This document shows, one piece after another, positions 27,401 through 37,970 of a DNA stretch of 64,000 nt. Each line of letters begins with the position of its first letter. Within the stretch, counting starts at the first letter, position 1. The notes beneath the pieces are model-generated. The model ran no database searches. It saw nothing but the letters and a program-made list of their open reading frames with translations, and had not been told where the DNA came from. The DNA lies in contig OZ250153.1 of NCBI GenBank assembly GCA_965237805.1, positions 1,312,001 to 1,376,000 on the forward strand, read 5' to 3'. The translations under genes and the position numbers were made by a program. The DNA is from Gammaproteobacteria bacterium (GTDB taxonomy: Bacteria > Pseudomonadota > Gammaproteobacteria > JABABF01).

Positions 27401-30109
27401 AAAATGCAAATGGTTGGCGGCACCAGTGGCGGTGCCAGACACATTGGAAATTTCGCCTATCTTTTGCCCTTTGGACACGCCGTCTCCATTACTGACTGCC
27501 TTATTCTCCATATGGAGGTATCCGCTCCACCAATAAGACCCGCTGGAGCCGTGCTTAATTAAGACTTGTCCATTTGTCCCGTCCGTGTTCAGCGAACCCC
27601 CGTAAGAGGTCTCAACGACACCGTCTGCAACGGCATAAACGGGCATGCCATCATCAGAGTCATGGCTGGGGCAATTCAGGTTGGTATCCCAAGCATAGGT
27701 GTCATTGGCCTGCCCAATTCCACCCGTGCTTGAATGCCCGGGAAGTTGATGCTGATTAAAGCACCACGATGATCTTCCGTTAGCGCAACTGTTATCACAG
27801 GCTGCCAATGTGGTCACAACATGGAGGTCGCCGTAGACTGGTGATGAGACGGATGACGGAGCACTATTAGGAGGGATGATCACCGGCACCCCCGGGGAGC
27901 AGTTGTTTAAGGTGCTGGACTCCCCGCTCACCGCTTCCACGCAGGCGCCGATGTAGTAGGTGGTGCCGCGCGTCGCCGACGAGGGCACCGTGCAGGTCTC
28001 GGATAAAGGGTCAGTCCCGCCAGCGGAGCGGCTTGACACGCTATCCGTGCACAACTGCATGTCGGATGGTGAAATCGTCGGGTCGTCGGACCAACGGTAG
28101 TGCATAGTGGTCCCCGCCGCCGCCGCCGTCCCCGAGTTCCTCGCCGTAGCGTAAATCGTGACCGACTGGCCCGGACCCACCGTGCTGGGGCTCACCAACA
28201 CACTGTCCACCGTCCAGTCGGGGGCGCCGGCACCACTCGCCGAGAAGGTGGCTGATATGGATTGGTTGGATTGGATCGTCAGTTGACAGTTGCCCGTGCC
28301 AGAACACCCGCCGCCACTCCACCCTGAAAAGCTGGAACCGGCATCTGGGGATCCCGAGAGTTGTATGGAGGTTCCAGCATCGTAGCCATAACAGTTGGTC
28401 CCGCAACTAACGCCAGCAGGCGTAGGCGTCACGGTGCCGTTGCCAATGGCAGTCAGCGTTAATGTATAACGAGCGTTTATGGCCGCGTCATAACTCACCA
28501 AACTGCTTGCGGAGTTCGTCCCGGTGTATACCACAAAATGCAAATGGTTGGCGGCACCAGTGGTGGTGCCAGACACATTGGAAATTTCGCCTATCTTTTG
28601 CCCTTTGGACACGCCGTCTCCATTACTGACTGCCTTATTCTCCATATGGAGGTATCCGCTCCACCAATAAGACCCGCTGGAGCCGTGCTTAATTAAGACT
28701 TGTCCATTTGTCCCGTCCGTGTTCAGCGAACCCCCGTAAGAGGTCTCAACGACACCGTCTGCAACGGCATAAACGGGCATGCCATCATCAGAGTCATGGC
28801 TGGGGCAATTCAGGTTGGTATCCCAAGCATAGGTGTCATTGGCCTGCCCAATTCCACCCGTGCTTGAATGCCCGGGAAGTTGATGCTGATTAAAGCACCA
28901 CAATGATCTTCCGTTAGCGCAACTGTTATCACAGGCTGCCAATGTGGTCACAACATGGAGGTCGCCGTAGACTGGTGATGAGACGGATGACGGAGCACTA
29001 TTAGGAGGGATGATCACCGGCACCCCCGGGGAGCAGTTGTTTAAGGTGCTGGACTCCCCGCTCACCGCTTCCACGCAGGCGCCGATGTAGTAGGTGGTGC
29101 CGCGCGTCGCCGACGAGGGCACCGTGCAGGTCTCGGATAAAGGGTCAGTCCCGCCAGCGGAGCGGCTTGACACGCTATCCGTGCACAACTGCATGTCGGA
29201 TGGTGAAATCGTCGGGTCGTCGGACCAACGGTAGTGCATAGTGGTCCCCGCCGCCGCCGCCGTCCCCGAGTTCCTCGCCGTAGCGTAAATCGTGACCGAC
29301 TGGCCCGGACCCACCGTGCTGGGGCTCACCAACACACTGTCCACCGTCCAGTCGGGGGCGCCACTTTGATTTATTGTTACCCATGTGTATGTGTCACAAT
29401 TGTTGTTTTTGTTGGATTCCGTGCTTAGGAGACTTAAACAAGCCCCTATGTAGTACCGATCGCCTCGTATGACGCTTGAATCTATTGTGCACTTTGTGCT
29501 CAAAGAAAACGATTCTCCTGCTACACGGCTTGGTACATCGTCTGTACAAAGATCAAAATAATCGGTTGAACTTTTCTGCAAATAATATCTGATTGTTACG
29601 CCACGTGCAGGAGCTGCCCCTGCATTCCGCGCCGTAGCGTAAATAGTAATCCTGTCTCCTGGGTCTACGGAATTATCACTTACAGAAACTGAGTCACCAA
29701 GTGTCCAATCAGGGGTGCCATTATCGTGCAGCCATGTGAAGCTTGTTGAAGCTTCAGCAGACCAGCCTTCATAACTATTGGAACAATTCAGCTTGTCGCT
29801 GGGATTTATATTGCTATCATCCCAACGAATTCGCCACCATTTATAAGTCGTGCCGGCCAAGTCCGCAGATGTAGGTCCTTTTGTTATTACCCCTGTTGCG
29901 CCATTGACTGCTTCGCATTGTTTGGTGCCCGCAGCTGTCCCCCGCACAGAAAGCCCTTGGCCATCGCTAAGATTAACAGTATCTGCTCCGGAATTCCTCA
30001 CCACGATATGATCATTGACTGCCAACGCCTGCGCCTCACCCATAGCAAAAAATTGCAGGCCGAACGCAACAAGTGCCAGCAACGTCATCTGGCGTATGTC
30101 ATTTATCAT
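24431..30109 (-). CDS. Giant secreted protein: SH3-like domain, five CARDB-like modules, two M23 metallopeptidase-like domains, choice-of-anchor-U-like region and GlyGly-CTERM tail
   Basis: GLSVR...YKWWRIRW...EGWSAE; PDWT modules; H...YAWD...PVYAVADGVV...YLHM...GQKIG...HLHF twice; LTLVDGGPNDADG.QNGQVADPG; NGGG-hydrophobic-basic tail. Confidence 0.85.
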   Translation of the reverse strand: MINDIRQMTLLALVAFGLQFFAMGEAQALAVNDHIVVRNSGADTVNLSDGQGLSVRGTAAGTKQCEAVNGATGVITKGPTSADLAGTTYKWWRIRWDDSNINPSDKLNCSNSYEGWSAEASTSFTWLHDNGTPDWTLGDSVSVSDNSVDPGDRITIYATARNAGAAPARGVTIRYYLQKSSTDYFDLCTDDVPSRVAGESFSLSTKCTIDSSVIRGDRYYIGACLSLLSTESNKNNNCDTYTWVTINQSGAPDWTVDSVLVSPSTVGPGQSVTIYATARNSGTAAAAGTTMHYRWSDDPTISPSDMQLCTDSVSSRSAGGTDPLSETCTVPSSATRGTTYYIGACVEAVSGESSTLNNCSPGVPVIIPPNSAPSSVSSPVYGDLHVVTTLAACDNSCANGRSLWCFNQHQLPGHSSTGGIGQANDTYAWDTNLNCPSHDSDDGMPVYAVADGVVETSYGGSLNTDGTNGQVLIKHGSSGSYWWSGYLHMENKAVSNGDGVSKGQKIGEISNVSGTTTGAANHLHFVVYTGTNSASSLVSYDAAINARYTLTLTAIGNGTVTPTPAGVSCGTNCYGYDAGTSIQLSGSPDAGSSFSGWSGGGCSGTGNCQLTIQSNQSISATFSASGAGAPDWTVDSVLVSPSTVGPGQSVTIYATARNSGTAAAAGTTMHYRWSDDPTISPSDMQLCTDSVSSRSAGGTDPLSETCTVPSSATRGTTYYIGACVEAVSGESSTLNNCSPGVPVIIPPNSAPSSVSSPVYGDLHVVTTLAACDNSCANGRSSWCFNQHQLPGHSSTGGIGQANDTYAWDTNLNCPSHDSDDGMPVYAVADGVVETSYGGSLNTDGTNGQVLIKHGSSGSYWWSGYLHMENKAVSNGDGVSKGQKIGEISNVSGTATGAANHLHFVVYTGTNAASSLASYDAAINARYTLTLTAIGNGTVTPTPAGVSCGTNCYGYDAGTSIQLSGSPDAGSSLSGWSGGGCSGTGNCQLTIQSNQSISATFSASGAGAPDWTVDSVSVNPTIAAAGDNITIKAIARNSGTATAAETTMRYLWSTDTSISTADTELCTDRVTSRAAGETSPETATCPAPTSVTAGSTYYVGACVDTLNVESNTSNNCSQGVAIVGGAPDWTVDSVSVDPTTVAAGDRITINAIARNVGTTRAAETIMRYLWSTDASISTADTELCTDLVSSVATNLTSLESARCDVPPLATPSTYYIGACVDAVMGESSTSNNCSSGVTVTIDQSTALTCDNSCRLAIYSGNQSSYSLSGSCATGGAVSYSISLGSQSRTGTPSCATGTWDTGPLDLSALGEGDVTITVEQTGQASIYATVVKDTIAPVITATDRALTAQGIMTAAVVSATAADARDGTVQPTGVLRTTSNRLQPSRSFAAGARMRLPSGRHQITWTAQDTVGNVGTAQSVVDIHPLVAFAPSQRVGAPTSSANLSVEVPVRLSGNAPFYPVSIPYALSLSSNMSASDVVNVSPPNTITLSQGDLGAVTFDIKAGFSPSDGNAATVRLSLLSSGLSSQVALSPRNANHAVSVLPTGAANLKPTFHRLQLSQSNTTSKQVARDAGTVDVRAQARDPDGDALSFAFAVNGPLPNRSSALFSGQASGSDSASFAFSPAALELGKTYLLSLIITDADNASIHVAERFKVVALDDDRVSDQDMDGVPDASDYVDVPNAQPISSDPAEARMAQSPVGTQLRLGERAELAASSVALSTIGGSVSVGSDTFNIVDRSAVYDFEVLGGDSDVYRVVLPLSTPIPSNALYLKQDRAGNWARFDDSGADALASASAANGICPGPDEASSYGAGLLAGRDCLLLTLVDGGPNDADGFQNGQVADPGTVAVQTADTPPPVPNGGGVIDPWALLILLLLVTYCVQRYGGKRHLRRDTS
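27072..29362. repeat. Near-perfect in-frame 1134-bp tandem duplication inside the giant gene
   Basis: 27072..28228 matches 28206..29362 at offset 1134 (also seen in the ORF track as 27574 vs 28708), bounded by the 23-mer tccaccgtccagtcgggggcgcc. Confidence 0.95.
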
Positions 30110-30136
30110 ACACCCCCTCCCTTAAGAGGTGCATCA

Positions 30137-30811
30137 TCAACGCCACTTGTAGTGTGCTGATAATTGGAAGAACCGTAGCCTATCAAGCGATACGGCGACG
30201 AAGCCACAAGGAAGACCAATTTCTGTGAACACGCAGACATCCAACCGGTCTTCTACATATTCAAAGTACTGGTACCGCATGTCTACGCCAATGGCGGAAT
30301 CTGCTCCCATGGGGACATCGATTCCCCCGAAGATCTGGATGCCACCAAGCAGCTTGTAATCATCGTCCAGCTTGACCTTGGAGCCGAATATAACTGCTTC
30401 ATCTCTAATATCCAGCATTAGGCCGCCTCCACCACCCACATAGGTTTTGAACGGCAGGTCACCCAAAGGCAGGAAGAAGAAAGCATTGGCCATGAATTGA
30501 GGTGCGTGGAAATCGTCCCCACTCCAAAGATGGGCATACTCCAGTTCTATGCCCCACAACTCATCGAAAACTGTACCCAATGCCAGCCCCACGAAGCCAC
30601 TATCACCAATCTCCAAAACCGGAACTTCCGTGGGCGAAGCTAGCCCTAGCGCGATTTTGGTATAGGCTTTGGTCTCTGCCTGTGCCAACGGCCCAAGCGT
30701 TGCCAGCAACAGCCCGGCCATGGCACAAAACAAAACACGAGCGCGCATATGCCCGTGTCCGATCTGTTGGGCTTCATACGTGTCAATGTTCCTGGTGTTG
30801 CTCCTTGGCAT
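30137..30811 (-). CDS. Small outer-membrane beta-barrel protein (OmpW/porin/opacity-like)
   Basis: Signal peptide, GIELEY, YVGGGGG, alternating beta strands, aromatic C-terminus HYKWR; ATG overlaps the upstream stop (TGATG). Confidence 0.7.
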   Translation of the reverse strand: MPRSNTRNIDTYEAQQIGHGHMRARVLFCAMAGLLLATLGPLAQAETKAYTKIALGLASPTEVPVLEIGDSGFVGLALGTVFDELWGIELEYAHLWSGDDFHAPQFMANAFFFLPLGDLPFKTYVGGGGGLMLDIRDEAVIFGSKVKLDDDYKLLGGIQIFGGIDVPMGADSAIGVDMRYQYFEYVEDRLDVCVFTEIGLPCGFVAVSLDRLRFFQLSAHYKWR

Positions 30812-31521
30812 CAGTTGTCTTCGGCCACGAATTCGGCGGCACGACCCTGTAGAACAGCAGTAAGTGTTGGAGCCAAGGTGTCCATCACCTTGGTTGGCTT
30901 TTGAGGCGAGCCGTAATCGGCAGAGAGAATGGCCAAAGTGTTCTCATGTGCCACATCGATCAAACGAACTGAAACGCTCGTGATGCCTATGTATTGCCCG
31001 CTAGCCGAGCTGAATATACCGAAGCCCACCTTCGAGCCTGTTTCCACAGTAAATTTTAAGACCGCGTCAGCGCCAGCTTGTTTGGCGACACGCAACATCG
31101 TGCGACTATCAGGAGCCTTGGCCGCCTCTTTTGGCAGATATTTTTCAAGATCGAACTGATCTAGAACCTCATAACCTGCCTTGGCAAGGGCGGCAACGGC
31201 ACGGTTTTGCATCATGCCTATGGATGAACTGCCGTGCTGGCCCCAAAAAACATGCTGGCCTTGCTGACCATCCCCACTCCCACTCGTGCTGGAGACCACT
31301 AAAAGCCGCTTGAACTTTGCGACCCCCTGTGGGGAATAGTATTGAGTGGGAACTACTCGTATGTCCTTTCGCTCACCCAAAATTTTATCTGTGCCTGCTA
31401 TAAGGCCAAGGAGTATCAGATCAGCGCATCCCGAAAGCACAAGCCCAGATGCCAAGAGCGCACCAAGGAGATATGGTGGAAGTTTCCTTAGTTTTCTATT
31501 CGGGGGGGGGGGGGATAACAT
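30811..31521 (-). CDS. Lipoprotein (CsgG/LpoB/DUF799-like fold suspected) with a 5' poly-C tract
   Basis: Lipobox LSGC; AKQAGADAVL and VSVRLIDV motifs; ATG TTA TCC CCC CCC CCC CCG. Confidence 0.7.
   Translation of the reverse strand: MLSPPPPNRKLRKLPPYLLGALLASGLVLSGCADLILLGLIAGTDKILGERKDIRVVPTQYYSPQGVAKFKRLLVVSSTSGSGDGQQGQHVFWGQHGSSSIGMMQNRAVAALAKAGYEVLDQFDLEKYLPKEAAKAPDSRTMLRVAKQAGADAVLKFTVETGSKVGFGIFSSASGQYIGITSVSVRLIDVAHENTLAILSADYGSPQKPTKVMDTLAPTLTAVLQGRAAEFVAEDN
31502..31514. repeat. G13 homopolymer (C13 on the coding strand)
   Basis: cggggggggg gggg at 31501-31514. Confidence 0.9.
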
Positions 31522-31630
31522 TGCTGAGTATTCCTGTAACTGATTGGCGTTTCGGCTGGCTTCTGCTTGCCTATGCTGTCTGCACTGAACAGGCGCGAAT
31601 CGCAACTGATGCAGGGGACGAACTAGCGAC

Positions 31631-31668
31631 ATCGTACCCCCCATCGCCCTAATGTCAACCCCCCCCCC
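31631..31668 (-). promoter_or_regulatory. Putative sigma70 promoter with G10 abutting the -35 and G6 in the spacer
   Basis: Minus strand G10-TTGACA-N16-TACGAT. Confidence 0.65.
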
Positions 31669-31708
31669 AACATCCAAAAATCCTTCGCAACCAAGCCAAA
31701 GCCTCCCC

Positions 31709-34507
31709 CTAATGTGCCTCGTCCCAATTCTCCCCGTATTGACAGTCCACTTCCAGCGGCACATCCAGCTCGCCGCCGTCGGCTGTCACCATCAGCTCTG
31801 AGATGCGCTTGCCGATCTCTCGCTCGGTGCCAGTCTCCACCTCCAGCACCAATTCGTCGTGCACTTGCAGGATCATCCGCGCTGGCACTTGCTCTGCTGC
31901 TAGCCAGCGATCCACCGCCAGCATCGCCCGCTTGACGATGTCGGCGGCGGTGCCTTGGATCGGGGCGTTGATGGCGGCGCGCTCGGCGGCTTGGCGGCGC
32001 GCCTGATTGCGATCGCCAATGGCACCGACCGGTAGGCGACGACCGTAGAGGGTATGGACAGCGCCATCGCGGCGCGCCAGCTCGCGGGTGTGCTCCATGT
32101 AGTCCTGCACGCCGGGATAGCGTGCAAAATAGCTCTCCATATAGCGCCGCGCCTCGCTCTGCGGCACATCTAATTGGCGCGCCAAGCCGTAGGCCGACAT
32201 GCCGTAGATCAGGCCGAAGTTGATCGCCTTGGCGTGGCGGCGCAGCTGGTTGTCCACCGCTGCCTCATCGCCGTCGGTGAATAGCTCGGCGGCGGTGGCT
32301 CGGTGGATGTCGCGCCCCTCTGCGAAAGCCTGCGAGAGGCCGCGGTCACCGGAGCAGTGGGCCATGATACGCAGCTCGATCTGTGAGTAGTCACAGCACA
32401 GCAGGCGGTAGCCTTCGGCCGGGATAAATGCTTGGCGGATGCGTCGCCCCTCGGCGGTGCGGATCGGGATGTTCTGCAGATTCGGATCGGCCGAGGACAG
32501 TCGCCCAGTGGCCGTGACCGCTTGGTGGAAGGAGCTGTGAACCCGACCACTGCGCACGTTGACGCAGGCTGGCAGGCGGTCGGCGTAAGTGGACTTGAGT
32601 TTGACTAGGCTGCGGTAGTCGAGGATCAGCTTGGCGATCTTGTGTTCGCGTGCCAGCTCCTGCAACACGGGCTCGGCGGTGGAGGGCTGGCCACTGGGTG
32701 TCTTGCGACCGGCTGGCAGACCCATGCGCTCGTAGAGCACCTCCTGCAGCTGTTTGGGCGAGTTTAGATTGAAGCGCGTCTCGGCCATATCATGTGCTTG
32801 GGCCTCGAGCGTCGCCGCCCGCTCGCCGAGTTCTGAGCCCAAGGCTTGCAGCTGTTCGCTGTCGATGCGAGCGCCCAAGCGCTCCATCTGCCCGAGTATC
32901 GCTGACAGCGGCACATCCAACTCGCGATAGAGTGCGGCCAAGCGCGGGGCGCGCTTCAGTTCAGGCCATAGCACTTGGTGCAACTCCAAGGCCGCTACCG
33001 CATCCTCGACGGCGTAGGCGGCGGCTTCCTCCAGCCCCACTTGGCTGAAATTGAGCTGTGTGGCACCGTGGCCGACCACCTCCTTGTAGGAGGTCATTTG
33101 GCGTTGCAGATGGCGGGCGGCGAGGCTGTCTAAGTCGTGGCGACCGCCGGGGCGTAGCAGGTAGGATTCCAACATGGTATCGTGGCGCACGCCGCGCAGC
33201 TGGATGCCATGGTTCAGTAGCACGGCTCGGTCGTACTTCAGGTTCTGCCCCAGCTTGGAGAGCGTGGCGTCCTCCAGCAGTGGGCCGAGCGTTGCCCACA
33301 CCCTTGCTGCTGGCAGCTGCCGTGGATCCAGCTCGCCCGCCAAGGAGCTGCTACCGCTGGCTGAGCCCAGCAGATCCGTGTTGGCTAGGCGGTGGCCGAT
33401 CGGGATGTAGGCACCGGCACCGGGTTGCACCGCCAGCGCGATGCCGACCACCTCGGCTTCCATGTAGTGCAGGCTGGTGGTCTCCAAGTCCACCGACAGC
33501 AGCTCGGCCTTGCGCGCAGCCTCCAGCCAGCGCCCCAGTGTGGGCTCATCTAGCACCAGCTCCCAGTCGGGCGGGGGCACTGTGTTCACCGCCGCGCTGT
33601 CCATCTCGTCGTTGCCGCTGTCCAGCGCTTCGAGCCAGGTGCGGAACTCCAATTCCCGGTAGAGAGTGCGCAGGCGCTCGGTGTCCGGTGCGACTGTGCG
33701 CAGTGCCACCAAGTCCCGCTCCAGTGACACATCGCTTTTCAGCGTCGCCAGCTGGCGGGCGAGCAACACAGTGTCGCGATCCTCGGACAAGCCTTTGGCC
33801 AGTGCGTCGGCGCGACGCATACCGCTGGATGCGATCTCGTCCAAGTGCTCATAGATGGTGTCGATGCCGCCCCAGCGGGCGATCAGCTCGCGGGCGGTCT
33901 TGGCACCGACGCCGCGTGCGCCAGCGTAGTTGTCGCTGCTGTCACCGACCAGCGCCAAGTAGTCGACGATATGCTCTGGCGGCACACCGAACTTCTCGCG
34001 TACGCCGTCGGCATCGAGCTGTACTGCCGCGCCGCCGCCGCGCCGCAGGCTGTCCTCGAGCAATACGCCCGCGGCGACCAGCTGCGCTAAATCCTTGTCG
34101 CCGGATGATATGACGACCTCGCGACCGCCAGCGCGCGCCGTACGAGTTAAGGTGGCGATGACATCGTCGGCTTCGACCTCGGGCACTGCGAGCAGGGGCC
34201 AGCCCAGCGCCTCGATCAGCTGGTATAGCGGCTCGATTTGCACTCGCAACTCGGTGGGCATCGACGGGCGGTTGGCCTTGTAGCTCGTTTCGAGCTGGTG
34301 ACGGAAGGTGGGGCCGGGGGCATCGAAGACGACCACCATCTGGGCATCGGGGTAATCGCCGGCAAGGCGGCGCAACATGGCGATGACGCCGCGCACGGCA
34401 CCGGTGGGCTGGCCGCTGTGGGTGCTGAGTGCTGGCAAGGCGTGGTAGGCACGGTAGAGGCAGGAAGAGCCATCCACCAAGACTACCGGGGCGGTGGGTT
34501 CAGGCAT
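31709..34507 (-). CDS. polA: DNA polymerase I
   Basis: LVDGSS.LYRAYHA, EADDVI, TATGRLSS.DPNLQNIP, DYSQIELR, KAINFGLIYG, QVHDEL. Confidence 0.98.
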   Translation of the reverse strand: MPEPTAPVVLVDGSSCLYRAYHALPALSTHSGQPTGAVRGVIAMLRRLAGDYPDAQMVVVFDAPGPTFRHQLETSYKANRPSMPTELRVQIEPLYQLIEALGWPLLAVPEVEADDVIATLTRTARAGGREVVISSGDKDLAQLVAAGVLLEDSLRRGGGAAVQLDADGVREKFGVPPEHIVDYLALVGDSSDNYAGARGVGAKTARELIARWGGIDTIYEHLDEIASSGMRRADALAKGLSEDRDTVLLARQLATLKSDVSLERDLVALRTVAPDTERLRTLYRELEFRTWLEALDSGNDEMDSAAVNTVPPPDWELVLDEPTLGRWLEAARKAELLSVDLETTSLHYMEAEVVGIALAVQPGAGAYIPIGHRLANTDLLGSASGSSSLAGELDPRQLPAARVWATLGPLLEDATLSKLGQNLKYDRAVLLNHGIQLRGVRHDTMLESYLLRPGGRHDLDSLAARHLQRQMTSYKEVVGHGATQLNFSQVGLEEAAAYAVEDAVAALELHQVLWPELKRAPRLAALYRELDVPLSAILGQMERLGARIDSEQLQALGSELGERAATLEAQAHDMAETRFNLNSPKQLQEVLYERMGLPAGRKTPSGQPSTAEPVLQELAREHKIAKLILDYRSLVKLKSTYADRLPACVNVRSGRVHSSFHQAVTATGRLSSADPNLQNIPIRTAEGRRIRQAFIPAEGYRLLCCDYSQIELRIMAHCSGDRGLSQAFAEGRDIHRATAAELFTDGDEAAVDNQLRRHAKAINFGLIYGMSAYGLARQLDVPQSEARRYMESYFARYPGVQDYMEHTRELARRDGAVHTLYGRRLPVGAIGDRNQARRQAAERAAINAPIQGTAADIVKRAMLAVDRWLAAEQVPARMILQVHDELVLEVETGTEREIGKRISELMVTADGGELDVPLEVDCQYGENWDEAH

Positions 34508-34672
34508 GTTGGCGCTGGGCGCTGGGGTGGATCATCGTCACAGCATTTTAGCGCTGGCTGGTGGGATGATCGGCAGTGGGGGCGGGCATTATATGTTTGT
34601 CTTGGAGAGTGGTCATGCTACTACTAAACTTGCTGTATTTTGGCCGTGCTGCCCGCCTTTGGAGAATCAATT

Positions 34673-35353
34673 GTGATCGGTTTCCGGCGGGTGATGTCAT
34701 GGTGTTCGCAATCTTTTATCGCCTCAGCTTTCCATTATCTGTACTATCATTCTTCCGACACATGGCAAAAAAATACTTTTCTCGGCTACCGTATTGCGCA
34801 GTGTCCACTGGATCTGCATCTCTACCAAGAGCTGGTCTATCGACTGCGCCCGGCGGCCATTATCCAAACCGGAGTGTTTGATGGGGGATCCATCCTCTAT
34901 TTTGCTTCGCTGCTGGATCTGATGGGCATGCCTCCCAGCGCAGTGGTCTATGGTGTTGACATCGAACTTTCTGAGCGGGCGCGCAGTCTGAGTCACCCTC
35001 GGATCCGGTTGATCGAAGGGAATTCGGTTGATTCAGATTTGGTCGCGGACATCCGCGAAAATTTGCCGCCCGGAGATGTTTTGGTCTCTTTGGACTCTGA
35101 TCACAGCAAAGCCCATGTCGTGGCCGAGTTGGCCGCCTACAAGGATTTCGTCGGTGTCGGCTCTTATCTCGTCGTCGAGGACACGAATATTAACGGACAC
35201 CCCGTCTTTGAATCTTTTGGGCCGGGTGGGGGGCCGTACGAGGCGGTGGCCGAGTTCTTGGTAGAGAACAAGAATTTCAAGCGTGACGATGCCTTGTGGA
35301 AGCGCAACAAGTTTTCCTTCCACCAATATGGTTGGCTCAAGCGGGTGCAGTAG
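34673..35353 (+). CDS. CmcI / cephalosporin hydroxylase family O-methyltransferase
   Basis: QCPLDL..YQEL...RP..IIQTGV..GGS, LDSDHS..HV, YLVVEDT; GTG start after GGAG (ORF track start 34640). Confidence 0.8.
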   Translation: MIGFRRVMSWCSQSFIASAFHYLYYHSSDTWQKNTFLGYRIAQCPLDLHLYQELVYRLRPAAIIQTGVFDGGSILYFASLLDLMGMPPSAVVYGVDIELSERARSLSHPRIRLIEGNSVDSDLVADIRENLPPGDVLVSLDSDHSKAHVVAELAAYKDFVGVGSYLVVEDTNINGHPVFESFGPGGGPYEAVAEFLVENKNFKRDDALWKRNKFSFHQYGWLKRVQ

Positions 35354-35425
35354 AGAGAGGGGGGCGCGGCTTCGCTTGGTTTGAGTAGACAGTCAATCAG
35401 CTGCGTGCGTATTGTGGCGTGTGCC

Positions 35426-35803
35426 TCAATCCAATGAGAAAGACGAGCCACAGCCGCAGGTGACGGTGGCGCGTGGATTGTTGACCACGAAACGCGAACC
35501 CTGCAGGCCCTCCTCGTAGTCCACTTCAGAGCCAGCCAGATAGGGCAGGCTGGTGGCGTCGACCAACAACGCGGCACCGTCGGCTTCGATCACCGTGTCG
35601 TCTTCGGCGGGAAATTCGTCGAAAGTAAAGCCGTACTCAAAGCCAGCGCAGCCGCCGCCAGTGATGAAGAGCCGCAATTTGAGTGTTTTGTTGCCCTCGT
35701 CCTCGACCAGCTGGCGCACACGCGCAGCGGCGCACGGCGTGAAGCTGAGGGCTGCGGTGGTGCTTTGCATCTCGGCCCCCATTGGGCTGTCCATAGCGGT
35801 CAT
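35426..35803 (-). CDS. erpA: Iron-sulfur cluster insertion protein ErpA
   Basis: [33 protein letters not shown]; start uncertain. Confidence 0.9.
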   Translation of the reverse strand: MTAMDSPMGAEMQSTTAALSFTPCAAARVRQLVEDEGNKTLKLRLFITGGGCAGFEYGFTFDEFPAEDDTVIEADGAALLVDATSLPYLAGSEVDYEEGLQGSRFVVNNPRATVTCGCGSSFSLD

Positions 35804-35890
35804 ATCCGGTGGTGTGGTGTCAGCTGTCTGGTCATTTTACGCTGAGGGAGCTAAGGCGTGGGGATGAACCATGCTCGGCGGGCTCGCCGC

Positions 35891-35967
<77 letters not shown>

Positions 35968-36211
35968 GGAAAATATGTCGCGAGCTGCTTGGCGTCGCTC
36001 TGCGCGAGCTGGCTGAGGGCTGGCGACCATGCGAAGCATGATGGTGGGACACGCCGATTATTCGTTTAGTACTGATAGGTGTGGACGCTTGAGCCGAAGG
36101 CTTGCACGGCGCAGTCGTTGCGCTGGCACGGCGGCGGCAAGCCACAGGCGTGCGCTCCGAGGAGCGTCACCGTGTACTGCCGTGCGCCGAGGGCACAAGA
36201 CCGCATTGCGA

Positions 36212-37745
<1,534 letters not shown>

Positions 37746-37941
37746 GATGTTCAAGTAACCGCCGAAGCGGCTACCTGCACATGATTTTGCCAAAGAGCGA
37801 TGGCTGAACGCACCGAAAATTATATTGACTATATTGACGGTATAGTTCGCTTATGCCAATTTGGCTATTATTGCGCTAACCGCGCAACGCCTTCATATGC
37901 TCTGGCGATGATGCCCCCTGAGGGGCCGCCGGAACTCAACA

Positions 37942-37970
37942 CAAGCGCCCACACCTATAAGTGTCTAAAC
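37942..37970 (-). promoter_or_regulatory. 16S leader arm of the RNase III processing stem (pairs with 36064..36091)
   Basis: Leader tttagacacttataggtgtgggcgcttg is complementary to spacer caagcgtccacacctatcagtactaaa. Confidence 0.7.

Noticed and set aside
27072-29362. Diversity-generating retroelement template/variable repeat pair
   Set aside because: The repeat is 1.1 kb, both copies are coding and in frame, there are only about six differences, and no reverse transcriptase is in the window.
31522-31764. 81-aa N-terminal extension of the lipoprotein
   Set aside because: It runs through the promoter into polA; the lipobox position favours ATG 31521.
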